Of a stretch of DNA of 64,000 nt, positions 29,076 through 37,909 are shown in pieces (position 1 is the first letter of the stretch; every line of letters begins with the position of its first letter). The notes beneath the pieces are model-generated. The model ran no database searches and was not told the origin of the DNA. It saw only the letters and a program-made list of their open reading frames with translations. The stretch lies in NCBI GenBank assembly GCA_000146465.1, contig CP001943.1, one strand, 5' to 3'. The position numbers were made by a program, and so were the translations under genes.

Positions 29076-29333
29076 TCAGGGCAAATTTTTTCTGCTCTCT
29101 TTATTGGAGTCTGCCTCGCTTTCATTCGGCTCCTCAGGGTTCTGAGATGTGCTGGGCACAAGTACTTCCATAGTCTTCTTTCCAAGTTCTGCCATCTCAT
29201 TTCCAGTTGCTTCCATCGCCTCCTTGATGGTTTCCATGTCAAGCTTCAATATCTTGTCTCTACGCAGTCCCATGATAAAGGCAGTAAGAGACGCTAAGAA
29301 CACGGTTGTTATAAAAGCCATCTTCAGCGTCAT
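29076..29333 (-). CDS. Small single-TM membrane protein (hypothetical)
   Basis: MTLKMAFITTVFLASLTAFIMGL TM helix followed by a charged tail. Upstream TATATTTTTTTTGATG motif. Confidence 0.35.
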   Translation of the reverse strand: MTLKMAFITTVFLASLTAFIMGLRRDKILKLDMETIKEAMEATGNEMAELGKKTMEVLVPSTSQNPEEPNESEADSNKESRKNLP

Positions 29334-29911
29334 CAAAAAAAATATACCTTCCAAAGATAAATACTTCCTATCCAATCATTTTTCTCTGTTTCTTACACCA
29401 GAGGTCTCTGAAACAGACTCATCTGACTTCAAGAACAAAGATTTCTTTTATGGCAAGGCTCGGTGGATTCAGAAAGTAGAAGGAATATCAGATGTTATTG
29501 TATGTTGGGCACCGAAGATCTTTGCATGCTACGCTTGTGAGTATTGGTTCTATACCATCTGCTGCAGCTTTTTTAGTAATTCTGACCAAAGAATATCAAA
29601 GGGAGGATTCCATTGTTTCTACTGCCGTGGAGTTCATTACAAAGACCTTCCCGATCCTTTTCCAGGAGGATTCTTGGGGCAGTCTACAGAAGGAAGTTCC
29701 AAAACAAGGAATAGTTCTTTACCAGGCTGAGGATGACCGAGCAGCAATCCATAAAGCACTCTAGGGAAATGGATGAAGGAAGATCCATCCAAGTCGTGGA
29801 AAGGAGTAGAGCCATGTCCTACGAGATGACAAAAACCCAGGGGACAAAGGCTAAGAGGCATTCGGTAATTAATCAAAGATAAAATATAAAAATTGCATAG
29901 AATAAAGTGGT

Positions 29912-30253
29912 TTATATCTCATCGGCCTCAACCTTGTAGAGCTTGACAAACACATGGGTCCCGAGCTGCTTTGGGTTCAAGTTCCTTGTGAATTTAGCAC
30001 GGACCGCTCCAGAATTCCCGTGTATCCTGGTTACTACTCCATGGACAGGGTATTTTTCCCCTTCAGTGCTTGTCTTGAAGCAGACAACTCCGTTGCCCAC
30101 ATACTTCTCAGCCTCAATCTTGCTTCCCACGTTGTTGATCTTCAGAAGAGCATATCTTGGATGAAGTCTCCTCAGCCCTCTCTTGAAGGAAACAAATGTT
30201 GCAGGGATCGTTGTACGGCTCAACACCTCTTCACTCATTATTGGTTTAGACAT
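29912..30253 (-). CDS. RPL35A: 60S ribosomal protein L35a (eL33)
   Basis: …FKRGLRRLHPRYALLKI…VTRIHGNSGAVRAKFTRNLNPKQLG… matches eL33. The ATG is preceded by AAAACAAAAATTTTGATCCCTCGTT. Confidence 0.85.
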   Translation of the reverse strand: MSKPIMSEEVLSRTTIPATFVSFKRGLRRLHPRYALLKINNVGSKIEAEKYVGNGVVCFKTSTEGEKYPVHGVVTRIHGNSGAVRAKFTRNLNPKQLGTHVFVKLYKVEADEI

Positions 30254-30285
30254 AACGAGGGATCAAAATTTTTGTTTTCAAATGA

Positions 30286-30618
30286 TTACTGGAAGGACAG
30301 AGTATTTGTAATTGAATACAGGTTGCACACAAGCCCTTTCTCTTCTGTGCTTTTGTTAGGAACATACTTCTTCTTAACCTCCTCAAGAGCTGCCTTAAGG
30401 ATCCTTGGCTTAACCTCCTTGGGAAGGTCCTTCTTCGAGAACTTAGTCTTTGTGAAGTTGAAGAAGAATGCATGTTCATACACTGCCAGCATGGCATCAT
30501 CAACATACTCTAGGGTGTCGATGTTCTTGGCCTTGTACCTGAGATATTCTCTTTTAATCCTTTCGTAGTCGCAGACAAGGTGCTTTGTGGAGAGCTCCTG
30601 GATGTAGTTCCTCTTCAT
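30286..30618 (-). CDS. Small basic hypothetical protein (110 aa)
   Basis: Compact K/E-rich ORF tightly packed between RPL35A and MAD1. No family assigned. Confidence 0.4.
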   Translation of the reverse strand: MKRNYIQELSTKHLVCDYERIKREYLRYKAKNIDTLEYVDDAMLAVYEHAFFFNFTKTKFSKKDLPKEVKPRILKAALEEVKKKYVPNKSTEEKGLVCNLYSITNTLSFQ

Positions 30619-30657
30619 TTAATGTTGGGCTGGCGTTATGGCCACTGAATTTGTTAC

Positions 30658-31272
30658 ATGATGGAAACCCCTAGAATGGAGGAGCTGTATAGGAAATTTT
30701 CAGAGACTCTAAGAGAAAACACATCGCTAAGACATCAGATTGTCGATCTCGAATCTGCCTTGAGCTCGAAGGAGCAGGAGCTATTGATGGCCAAAGAATC
30801 TTCAGGCTTAGGTCAATACTTGAGGAGGATAGAGTCTTTGGAGCGAGAAAATAAGAGGTTGAAAGACATGGTAGAGAGGGCAGGGCAGGACAACTGTGAG
30901 GGTGAGAATATAAACCCAAACGCGATCATGAGTGAAGAGAAAACAGAGAATGGAACCCATAGAAGTGAGACTAAAGATCCTAGTGGAGAGCTGCGCCAAT
31001 ACCTTAAGACAATAAGAGAATATGTCACAGGCCTTACAGGGTACAAAATGGAATTCCGGGATGGGGAAATCATCTTCCATTCCCTCTATGCCTTTGACAG
31101 CGAGGATGTTTTTATCTTCCGATACAAGTCTGGAAACATGGAGCTCGTTAACAACGACTTTGCCGCTTCATGGGCCACAGAGGTACAAAACTACCTGATT
31201 GCAGGAAAGTCCATTCCTGCATTCCTTGCAGCGGTCACCCTAGAACTCTTCAACAAGAAGACATTTGGATAG
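30658..31272 (+). CDS. MAD1: Spindle assembly checkpoint protein MAD1, drastically shortened (coiled coil plus C-terminal domain only)
   Basis: C-terminus YVTGLTGYKMEFRDGEIIFHSLYAFDSEDVFIFRYKSG…KSIPAFLAAVTLELFNKKTF parallels the human MAD1 C-terminal domain (…[34 protein letters not shown]…DSIPAFLSSLTLELFSRQTVA). A coiled coil lies upstream. Confidence 0.7.
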   Translation: MMETPRMEELYRKFSETLRENTSLRHQIVDLESALSSKEQELLMAKESSGLGQYLRRIESLERENKRLKDMVERAGQDNCEGENINPNAIMSEEKTENGTHRSETKDPSGELRQYLKTIREYVTGLTGYKMEFRDGEIIFHSLYAFDSEDVFIFRYKSGNMELVNNDFAASWATEVQNYLIAGKSIPAFLAAVTLELFNKKTFG

Positions 31273-31323
31273 AGCAATGTGTTTTAATTCAAATAAAAAC
31301 TAACCGCTAAAGCATCCGGCCGC

Positions 31324-32805
31324 TTATTGGATACACTTGAGGAGATCCACTATTTTGTCGGGCTTCAAGTTGGAGAGGACGTTGTTTTGTTGGCTTATCT
31401 TCGGGAGGCTTTCCATAAACTCGTCCAGGAGCCTTGAGTTGTCTTTGATCTTCAGATCGAGGAAGTTGAATGAATTAAGGAAGCAATGGTATCTTCCAAG
31501 AATCCCTTCCATTTGTATATCCTTCTCCCTCTCGGGAAGAGCAGGAAGAATTGCATTGTCCTTAATCGAGCTCATCTTCTGGTCAACGAGCTCTCTGAAC
31601 AGCTCCATGCTCCCGATCATAAACTCGTATTCTATCATCGAGTCCCACATTCGGGACGTCTTCTCAAGCCTCTTAAACAAGGCTCTTGCATTTTCCTCAT
31701 CTCCTATCCGGAGCAGAAACAAGAAAAATTGCTCCTTTAGCAAGGTGGAGTCTGGATGCTTCAGGAGACCCGAGGAGAAGATATTGTAGGGTGTTGTTCG
31801 GCTTCCTGTTGCATAATACTCGACAAATGCGCAGTATATGAAGACATGAGGCCCTATTCCCTCGTTCCCAACTTCAATAAATAACTTCCTGAAAGATTCA
31901 AGACCCCTTTTCTTCAGGACATAGTTCAGATGGTTGATTCTTAACAGATCCGCTTCTCTTCCAGAAGACTTCCCGCCATCCTCATTCTCCTGGTAGAAAT
32001 ACTTCTTTTTCAGATCTCCATAAACTTCCTCCTCATCCATCACAAGCCCATAGTAAAGAGACAGAAACATCCCATCGCTCATCTCAATCCCTCTCTGAAT
32101 CACCTTCTTGGCCTTCTCTTTCTGTCCAATGCCTATCAGATATTCACTATAGAAGAAGTAGGCTTCTTCTGCATAATAGAATGAATCTAGGATGTAATTG
32201 TATATAAAGTGCATCCTAGACTCATGAGTTCTTCCCCCAAGCTTCATTCCGTTTTCCATCTCCAGATCTATTAGCTTTGCTGCATTCTTCACACTCCAGG
32301 ACCTTATCAGCGGTTGCATCTGCTGATACCTTTGGAACGAACTCTGGAAAATAGGAAGGGTGTCGCTTACTATCTTCTTTCCTGTAATTTTGTTGAGCTC
32401 TAGCTCAAAGTTCTCAAAGTCCTTCCATAGCTCGCTTAAGGAACTCATCGGCGTTTGCAGCGCTCTCATGTATCCATTTCTTATCTTTTCTATCCTTGTC
32501 TGTTCATCCTCGATCTTTCCAAGCTCTTCAATGTATTCCTTGTACAGTCCATACGAGTCCCAGTAATTCTCAAACTGCCCTAACGTAAACTCATACACCT
32601 CATACAACTTAAATTTCTTCTGGCTGACCTTTCGGACATACTCGATGTATAGCATCCAGAGCTCCAAGTTGTATGACTTCTTCAAACACTTTCCAAACAG
32701 ACTTTCAAGACTCCTATAGTCCTTCGATGTATACAGATCTCTTGCATGCTCCATAATAGCTGAAGGACTGCCCATTTCAATCCCTGTTTTCTCTTCTACA
32801 TCCAT
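31324..32805 (-). CDS. HAT-repeat protein, Rna14/CstF-77-like (mRNA 3'-end processing)
   Basis: Multiple half-a-TPR repeats (W…Y…E, e.g. LELWMLYIEYV, YEFTLGQFENYWDSY, ELWKDFENFE). Crooked-neck/Prp6-type HAT proteins cannot be excluded. Upstream GGGGGAATTTTGACCCCGG motif. Confidence 0.55.
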   Translation of the reverse strand: MDVEEKTGIEMGSPSAIMEHARDLYTSKDYRSLESLFGKCLKKSYNLELWMLYIEYVRKVSQKKFKLYEVYEFTLGQFENYWDSYGLYKEYIEELGKIEDEQTRIEKIRNGYMRALQTPMSSLSELWKDFENFELELNKITGKKIVSDTLPIFQSSFQRYQQMQPLIRSWSVKNAAKLIDLEMENGMKLGGRTHESRMHFIYNYILDSFYYAEEAYFFYSEYLIGIGQKEKAKKVIQRGIEMSDGMFLSLYYGLVMDEEEVYGDLKKKYFYQENEDGGKSSGREADLLRINHLNYVLKKRGLESFRKLFIEVGNEGIGPHVFIYCAFVEYYATGSRTTPYNIFSSGLLKHPDSTLLKEQFFLFLLRIGDEENARALFKRLEKTSRMWDSMIEYEFMIGSMELFRELVDQKMSSIKDNAILPALPEREKDIQMEGILGRYHCFLNSFNFLDLKIKDNSRLLDEFMESLPKISQQNNVLSNLKPDKIVDLLKCIQ

Positions 32806-32860
32806 CCGGGGTCAAAATTCCCCCAATATAACTCTTGTTCTAAAATCATTGGAAAAGGAA

Positions 32861-33793
32861 TCATTTATTCTTGTCCAAAAACTCCATGGCCTTTATCCCG
32901 CATATGGCCCCTGAAGCTGCAGCCGTCACAGCCTGGCGGTACTTCCTATCGCAGACATCTCCTGCTGCAAAAAGGCCCGGAACACTTGTGCATGCATCGT
33001 CCTTCACAACAATGTATCCGTTGGAATCCAGATCTACATTTACACTCTTCAGAAACGAAGTGTTCGGATCATGGCCTATTCCAAAGAACACCCCATCCAT
33101 CGGAATTGTCTTTGTCTCCCCCGTCTCGGTATTGCGGACAACAATCTCTTTAATCTTGTTGGTTCCCTCTGCACGCTCCAGAACATAGGGCGTCATTATC
33201 TCGATGTTCTCTGTGTTCCTAGCCTTCTCAATCATGTCGCTCCTTGCACGGAACTCATTCCTTCGGTGGATGATGTAGACTTTCTTGGCAATGTTTGAAA
33301 GATAAAGCCCCTCCTCCATGGCTGCATCTCCCCCTCCAATCACACAGGTGACTTTGTTTACGTAAATAAACCCATCGCACACTGCACACGAGCTCACACC
33401 TTTCTGCCAGAACTCGTCATCTCCTGTTCCAGGTACAAAAAGCCGTCTTGCAGAGGCCCCTGTGGCAACAATAACAATCCTTGCCTTTTTCTCTCCTTTC
33501 TCACTGGAAACCACAAACCACTCATCCTCCTTCCTCACGTCCGAAACCGTCTCCTTGACAACCCGGAGTCCCCTCGAGACTGCATGTTCTTTCATCAGCT
33601 GGGTGAGTTCTGGCCCCTCAATTCCCCCCGGAAACCCTGGATAGTTATCTACCGACGTTGTTGTGGTAAGTTGGCCTCCTGGCCCATTATTTCCTATGTA
33701 CCCTCCCTCAAAAAGCAAAGGGTTTCCCCTCATCGTATACAGTGCTGCATTATAGGCTGCTGGCCCACTTCCTATAATAACAATGTTTTCCAT
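32861..33793 (-). CDS. TRR1: Thioredoxin reductase (low-Mr type)
   Basis: IIGSGPAAYNAALY FAD site, CAVC redox-active motif (SSCAVCDG), GGGDAAMEEG NADPH site and FAAGDV. The track start is TTG, and the first ATG is 33793 (…CCCCA ATG). Confidence 0.85.
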   Translation of the reverse strand: MENIVIIGSGPAAYNAALYTMRGNPLLFEGGYIGNNGPGGQLTTTTSVDNYPGFPGGIEGPELTQLMKEHAVSRGLRVVKETVSDVRKEDEWFVVSSEKGEKKARIVIVATGASARRLFVPGTGDDEFWQKGVSSCAVCDGFIYVNKVTCVIGGGDAAMEEGLYLSNIAKKVYIIHRRNEFRARSDMIEKARNTENIEIMTPYVLERAEGTNKIKEIVVRNTETGETKTIPMDGVFFGIGHDPNTSFLKSVNVDLDSNGYIVVKDDACTSVPGLFAAGDVCDRKYRQAVTAAASGAICGIKAMEFLDKNK

Positions 33794-33851
33794 TGGGGCT
33801 TGATCCCGTCCGAACAATATCTCGCTAGGTCTTCCAATAATTAAGGCTAGA

Positions 33852-34490
33852 TCATTCTACCTTCTTCAGCTCCTTGTCTGTTTCCCTAATCACCTTTGAG
33901 GATCTTTCATTAATCATCGATATGTCGTTCACAATGCTCTTATGCCTGGCTGCTTCCTTATTCTGCTTGTCTGCCTCTACCCTTATCTGCCTCACCGTGT
34001 TCAACACTCCAACCATCTCCCGGTCAGTTTTGTTCTGCCCTTTTATGTACTCTTCTCCTTCTTCAAACTCCACGTGCTTGGGTGCTTGCTCTACATCGTT
34101 TTCTTCCTCCTGCCCCCTATTCACAATATCATCAATTCCTCCTCTATCTCTTCGAAACCATCTCTTTATCGCACGCACACATGGAAGTTCACAGCTGAAC
34201 ACTCTTCCTTCTCGCTCAATGTCCTCCGTAATCTCAGATCCCCTCCTAGCATTCACATTTATCCCAACCGCCGCTCTCTTTGCATTCTCCAGGGTCTCTC
34301 CTTGCCTCATAAGCTCCTCCGTCGTAGCCTTCTGCTTGAGAGCAGACTCGTCAAGCTGCATTCGAACCCCTTTTGCCCTTTCGTAGTTCTGCTCCTCAAT
34401 CCTTTCCGCCTCTTCAATCACATCCTGTGGGACCCCCTTCTTCTTCTTGCTCTTCACAGCCTTGTCCAGTGAGTAGACATCTCCTCCCAT
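33852..34490 (-). CDS. SNAP-25/Sec9-like Qbc-SNARE (tentative)
   Basis: Two heptad SNARE-like helices separated by a Cys-containing linker (ELPCVRAIKRWF). 212 aa. Confidence 0.4.
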   Translation of the reverse strand: MGGDVYSLDKAVKSKKKKGVPQDVIEEAERIEEQNYERAKGVRMQLDESALKQKATTEELMRQGETLENAKRAAVGINVNARRGSEITEDIEREGRVFSCELPCVRAIKRWFRRDRGGIDDIVNRGQEEENDVEQAPKHVEFEEGEEYIKGQNKTDREMVGVLNTVRQIRVEADKQNKEAARHKSIVNDISMINERSSKVIRETDKELKKVE

Positions 34491-34574
34491 CGGATTGTTT
34501 ATTTCTACGTTTTAAAAACTATCCTCCAAGGAAAACATCTTAGTAGCCTAAACATAGAAAACAAACATTTAATC

Positions 34575-35177
34575 TCATATCATCTTCTTCTTCTGGAAAA
34601 ACTTCTTGAGAGAGTACAGCTCGTATGAATTCACTCCGAAGTAGATAACAAGAGTTATCACCGAAAACACCGTCACAAAGGAAAACATCCTTCTGTGCTC
34701 GTAGTCAACACTCCCCATCCTGTGTGCAAGATACTCAGACTCGTTGTTGAGCTCGTAAAGCAGGTTGTCCAGCTTTGTCATTGCTGCCATGGCTGGCTCC
34801 ACACTGACTTTCTTTGCAACGTCCTTCTTGAATGTGTCAAACTGAGCACTAAAGTTGAGCTCTATCTCTCCAAACGTATGGGGCTGCGTCTCATCAATCA
34901 CAATAGGCGTTAATACCATCGACAGCACCTTTGGCTCGCTTATATTGAATGAAAAATGTGTCTCTGTATCCACAGGAAGGTTTTCGTTTGACAGGTAGAC
35001 ACTTCCACTCTCAGATGCCAATACAGCCTTAAAGCTAGAGTTTTTACAATTGATCGGCTTGAGATATCCTTTGCAGATCTTGTTTTCAATCACATCAAAC
35101 TCAACCTCGATGTTTCTTTTCCGCCTTACAGAGAAGATCTCTGCAAATATTATCCCAAGATATAGGACAAAAATCAT
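34575..35177 (-). CDS. p24/emp24/GOLD-domain cargo receptor
   Basis: Lumenal GOLD-like domain, coiled-coil stretch, a single C-terminal TM (FSFVTVFSVITLVIYFGV) and a short cytosolic tail ending KKKMI. Confidence 0.7.
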   Translation of the reverse strand: MIFVLYLGIIFAEIFSVRRKRNIEVEFDVIENKICKGYLKPINCKNSSFKAVLASESGSVYLSNENLPVDTETHFSFNISEPKVLSMVLTPIVIDETQPHTFGEIELNFSAQFDTFKKDVAKKVSVEPAMAAMTKLDNLLYELNNESEYLAHRMGSVDYEHRRMFSFVTVFSVITLVIYFGVNSYELYSLKKFFQKKKMI

Positions 35178-35250
35178 GGGTTGTTTGGGTATAAGGTATT
35201 TCTATCTCATTCCTTATTTGGCAAGGGATACACAAGGTTCATATGATGAT

Positions 35251-35748
35251 CTAGATTTCCCTGAACTCCCCCTCCCTAAGCCTTACTGCAGAGGGTCCTT
35301 CGACATGCTCTCCATCTCTCACCACTATACAGTGTTCTCCCTTGTACTTCATGGCTTCAAACCTAATCCCATCCTTGGACACATATCCATACACACTTTG
35401 TAGAATTCCACAGATCATTTCCAGGCATTCCTCTTCTTTTCCTGTGTACTGAAGTAACGGGAGCCTTCCCAGACTGATGATACCTTGATTGTGTGTGGGG
35501 TGGAACGAGAAGTAGTATGGAAAGAAAGACTCCGATATGTCTTTTGATACTTCTCCTAAACCCATAGGCTTTTCCGGCTTGCCAGTGAAGAAAAAGTCGT
35601 CTGCCATCCTTTCACCGATCCTCTTTCCAATTGTAAATAACCTCTCTCTACTTCCTTCTGGCCCATCCTTTATGACTTTGTTGATGAATGATGTATACAT
35701 CAATCCAAAGACGTCATGGTTCACTTTCTGGCCATCCTCCCTAGACAT
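35251..35748 (-). CDS. TRAPP complex subunit of the Bet3 family
   Basis: 165-aa protein with a Bet3-like alpha/beta pattern (…LFTIGKRIGERMADDFF…). Confidence 0.6.
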   Translation of the reverse strand: MSREDGQKVNHDVFGLMYTSFINKVIKDGPEGSRERLFTIGKRIGERMADDFFFTGKPEKPMGLGEVSKDISESFFPYYFSFHPTHNQGIISLGRLPLLQYTGKEEECLEMICGILQSVYGYVSKDGIRFEAMKYKGEHCIVVRDGEHVEGPSAVRLREGEFREI

Positions 35749-35779
35749 TCAGGGCTAGTCTGCAAACCCTCAATACAAG

Positions 35780-36232
35780 ATGCAGAGCAGTAGCCACAGG
35801 GCCGGAAAAGACGCCTCCCAGGAAGGTCTGGAGTCTGTGGAGTTTCTCGACCATCTTGCAGATATCCAAATGCATTGCACGGCAACCAGCCTTCCGGCTC
35901 TGTATGAGGTGGCTGTGAAAGGGATGATGAGCTATGCAGTAAGAATACCACCGGCGGCCCAAGGGACCGGAAGAGTTGAGCTACAGGAAGGATCTTCCGA
36001 AATGAACATGGTGGGACTTCTAACATATTTCATTGATATGATGTATGGAGAAGGCCTTGTTGTCTCCGAAGTCTCTGTACAGCTAAAGGATGGCCATCTT
36101 TTTTGCGACTATTCCGTGGCAAGCGGATCCGAATGCCAAAGCCTCTGTGAAATCAAAGCAGTTACTTTATGTGGTTTGAAAATATTTGAGGAGGAGAATG
36201 TGTTCCATCTCTACTGCATCTTCGATGTTTGA
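35780..36232 (+). CDS. Archease (tRNA ligase RtcB cofactor)
   Basis: FLDHLADIQMHCTA… corresponds to the archease YLDHTADVQLHAWG motif. The C-terminal EIKAVTLCGLKIFEEENVFHLYCIFDV matches the archease EVKAITYSAMQVY…VFVIIDI. The ATG is preceded by CAAACCCTCAATACAAG. Confidence 0.7.
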   Translation: MQSSSHRAGKDASQEGLESVEFLDHLADIQMHCTATSLPALYEVAVKGMMSYAVRIPPAAQGTGRVELQEGSSEMNMVGLLTYFIDMMYGEGLVVSEVSVQLKDGHLFCDYSVASGSECQSLCEIKAVTLCGLKIFEEENVFHLYCIFDV

Positions 36233-36301
36233 CTTCCTCTTGGTCGGAGGACAAAAGAAGTAAATCCTTTATTAATGATTAAATAAACCCAAGGGAATTG
36301 G

Positions 36302-36961
36302 TCATTTCTTCTCCGGTTGCCCAGTCTCTGTAACCTCTATGAAGTTGTAGTTCAGGAGATCTGTAGGAGGCTTTGTCTCTTTCTCTTCCTTTTCAGGGCC
36401 CTGGAGTCTTTTCAAAGTTGTCTGGAATCGGCTCCTTAGAGACTCCAGATCCTTTGAGATCTTCTCCAAGGCTTTAAGTTCTTCTCCTATCTCTTTTATC
36501 TCGGCGCGGGTTAGAGAGATCTCTTTCTTCGGGCTCAACGGCTTGAGGAGAAATGATGCAGAGATCGGAGTTTCAAAAGTAAGCTCCGACTGGACTTCAG
36601 GCTTGGGGGCATCATCCGAGACTGTTTTTGACTCGTGATACCTCGAAGGAGTTGTTTTTTTCTCGACTTCGCTAAGAATACTCGGCAGCTTCTGCTCCGC
36701 ATTTGAATTCAAGACCACATTTTTCTTCCCAGAGTCCTCCTCAACCACTATCACAGTCTTCTTCCTGGGGGCGGGATTCTCTAAATCTTTGGAATGAGAT
36801 GGACTGTGCTTTCCCTTGGTAGGCAGGAGTCTGTGATGCTCATCCTTCACAGCAACCTCCAAAAACTTTTTGAAGATGTTATCTGTGGACTTGGTGGAAG
36901 AGTCCTCTGCACTGCAGAACACACTAAAGGTCAAGGTCATCGAGACCATCAGAAGCCTCAT
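36302..36961 (-). CDS. Predicted secreted K/E/S/P-rich protein (hypothetical)
   Basis: N-terminal signal peptide MRLLMVSMTLTFSVFCSA. A low-complexity charged body follows. No TM. Confidence 0.45.
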   Translation of the reverse strand: MRLLMVSMTLTFSVFCSAEDSSTKSTDNIFKKFLEVAVKDEHHRLLPTKGKHSPSHSKDLENPAPRKKTVIVVEEDSGKKNVVLNSNAEQKLPSILSEVEKKTTPSRYHESKTVSDDAPKPEVQSELTFETPISASFLLKPLSPKKEISLTRAEIKEIGEELKALEKISKDLESLRSRFQTTLKRLQGPEKEEKETKPPTDLLNYNFIEVTETGQPEKK

Positions 36962-37058
36962 TATTTACAAACTGTCTTTTGAATTTGTAGCTTAATCAAA
37001 AACCTGTTTCAAAGGGTGGTTGGGATGTTGATATGTAAGCAGCAGTAGACCCACGATA

Positions 37059-37847
37059 ATGGATTTTGTTCCTCCAGCCAAGCAGAGAGAGCTGAGGTCT
37101 GCACTCGAGAAGATAGAGTCCGGCATAGTGGTGGTCCACGGGCCTCCGGGGTCTTCGAAGACTTACAGCATAGAGAGGACGGCTCAGGGCTTGGGCTTGT
37201 CCATAGAATATATCGAAGATGTCGGGATGTACAAAAGTATGCTTCCCATCCGGAATGCCATATGTCTTACAGACATGGATGACTATGAATACTTGTCCAG
37301 GCATAGAAAAAGACTGGAGAAAATGAAGAACTTGGTGATTGAGACTAGAACATTGTTCTCCATTGGGAAAATACTTCCAAATGCCACCATTGTGAATTTC
37401 GGAAAGATCTCAAGTAGGAAGATCCAGAAGTTTTACAATCTAAATGAAAAGGAGGCTTTGAAGGTGGGAGAAAACCTCCATGCTGTTGGGTTCTGTAAGT
37501 ATGGTATAAGAAGCGAGACTGTTTCAATATTCCATCTACTTGGAAAGCTGTTCCACTCGAAAGAAACAGATGTCCCAAAGGCTGCCGAAATGATCAATGT
37601 GTATGGGCGAGACCGATTTATTGGGTATTTGATCGAGAACTGCACATCTTTCATGTCTATTAAAGACATTCACAAGCTTATCGATGGAATTAGCCTTGAG
37701 GACATAGGAGAAATGCATCTGGAGCATTTGATTTGGGTGGTTTTGAGCTCGGTGAAGGTAGGCCCAAGGAGGTTTTTCAGCTTCCGGTCGTGGAAGGGGG
37801 CCGTCTTAAGTGAGCACACATGTAGCAACCTTTGCATGAACAGATAG
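37059..37847 (+). CDS. AAA+ P-loop ATPase, Rad17/Rad24-like checkpoint clamp-loader subunit (tentative), shortened
   Basis: …QRELRSALEKIESGIVVVHGPPGSSKTYSIERTAQGLGLSIEYIE… parallels Rad17 …LLLTGPPGCGKTTTIKILSKEHGIQVQEWINP. 262 aa. Confidence 0.45.
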   Translation: MDFVPPAKQRELRSALEKIESGIVVVHGPPGSSKTYSIERTAQGLGLSIEYIEDVGMYKSMLPIRNAICLTDMDDYEYLSRHRKRLEKMKNLVIETRTLFSIGKILPNATIVNFGKISSRKIQKFYNLNEKEALKVGENLHAVGFCKYGIRSETVSIFHLLGKLFHSKETDVPKAAEMINVYGRDRFIGYLIENCTSFMSIKDIHKLIDGISLEDIGEMHLEHLIWVVLSSVKVGPRRFFSFRSWKGAVLSEHTCSNLCMNR

Positions 37848-37909
37848 TGTACATTTGTACCCAAGGCTGGGGAGGACTAAAGATAACTTGTAAACAATGA
37901 TCCCTGGCA

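Noticed and set aside
29492-29764. Putative intron GTGAGT…TTTTTTAG (29538..29577) inside the 90-aa ORF
   Set aside because: Removing it creates an immediate stop (TAA) in the downstream frame, and it lacks the TTAAT branch block seen in the two bona fide introns.
33874-34472. Two plus-strand ORFs (170 and 176 aa)
   Set aside because: Antisense to the SNARE-like gene on the minus strand. No promoter motif, hydrophobic junk-like sequence.
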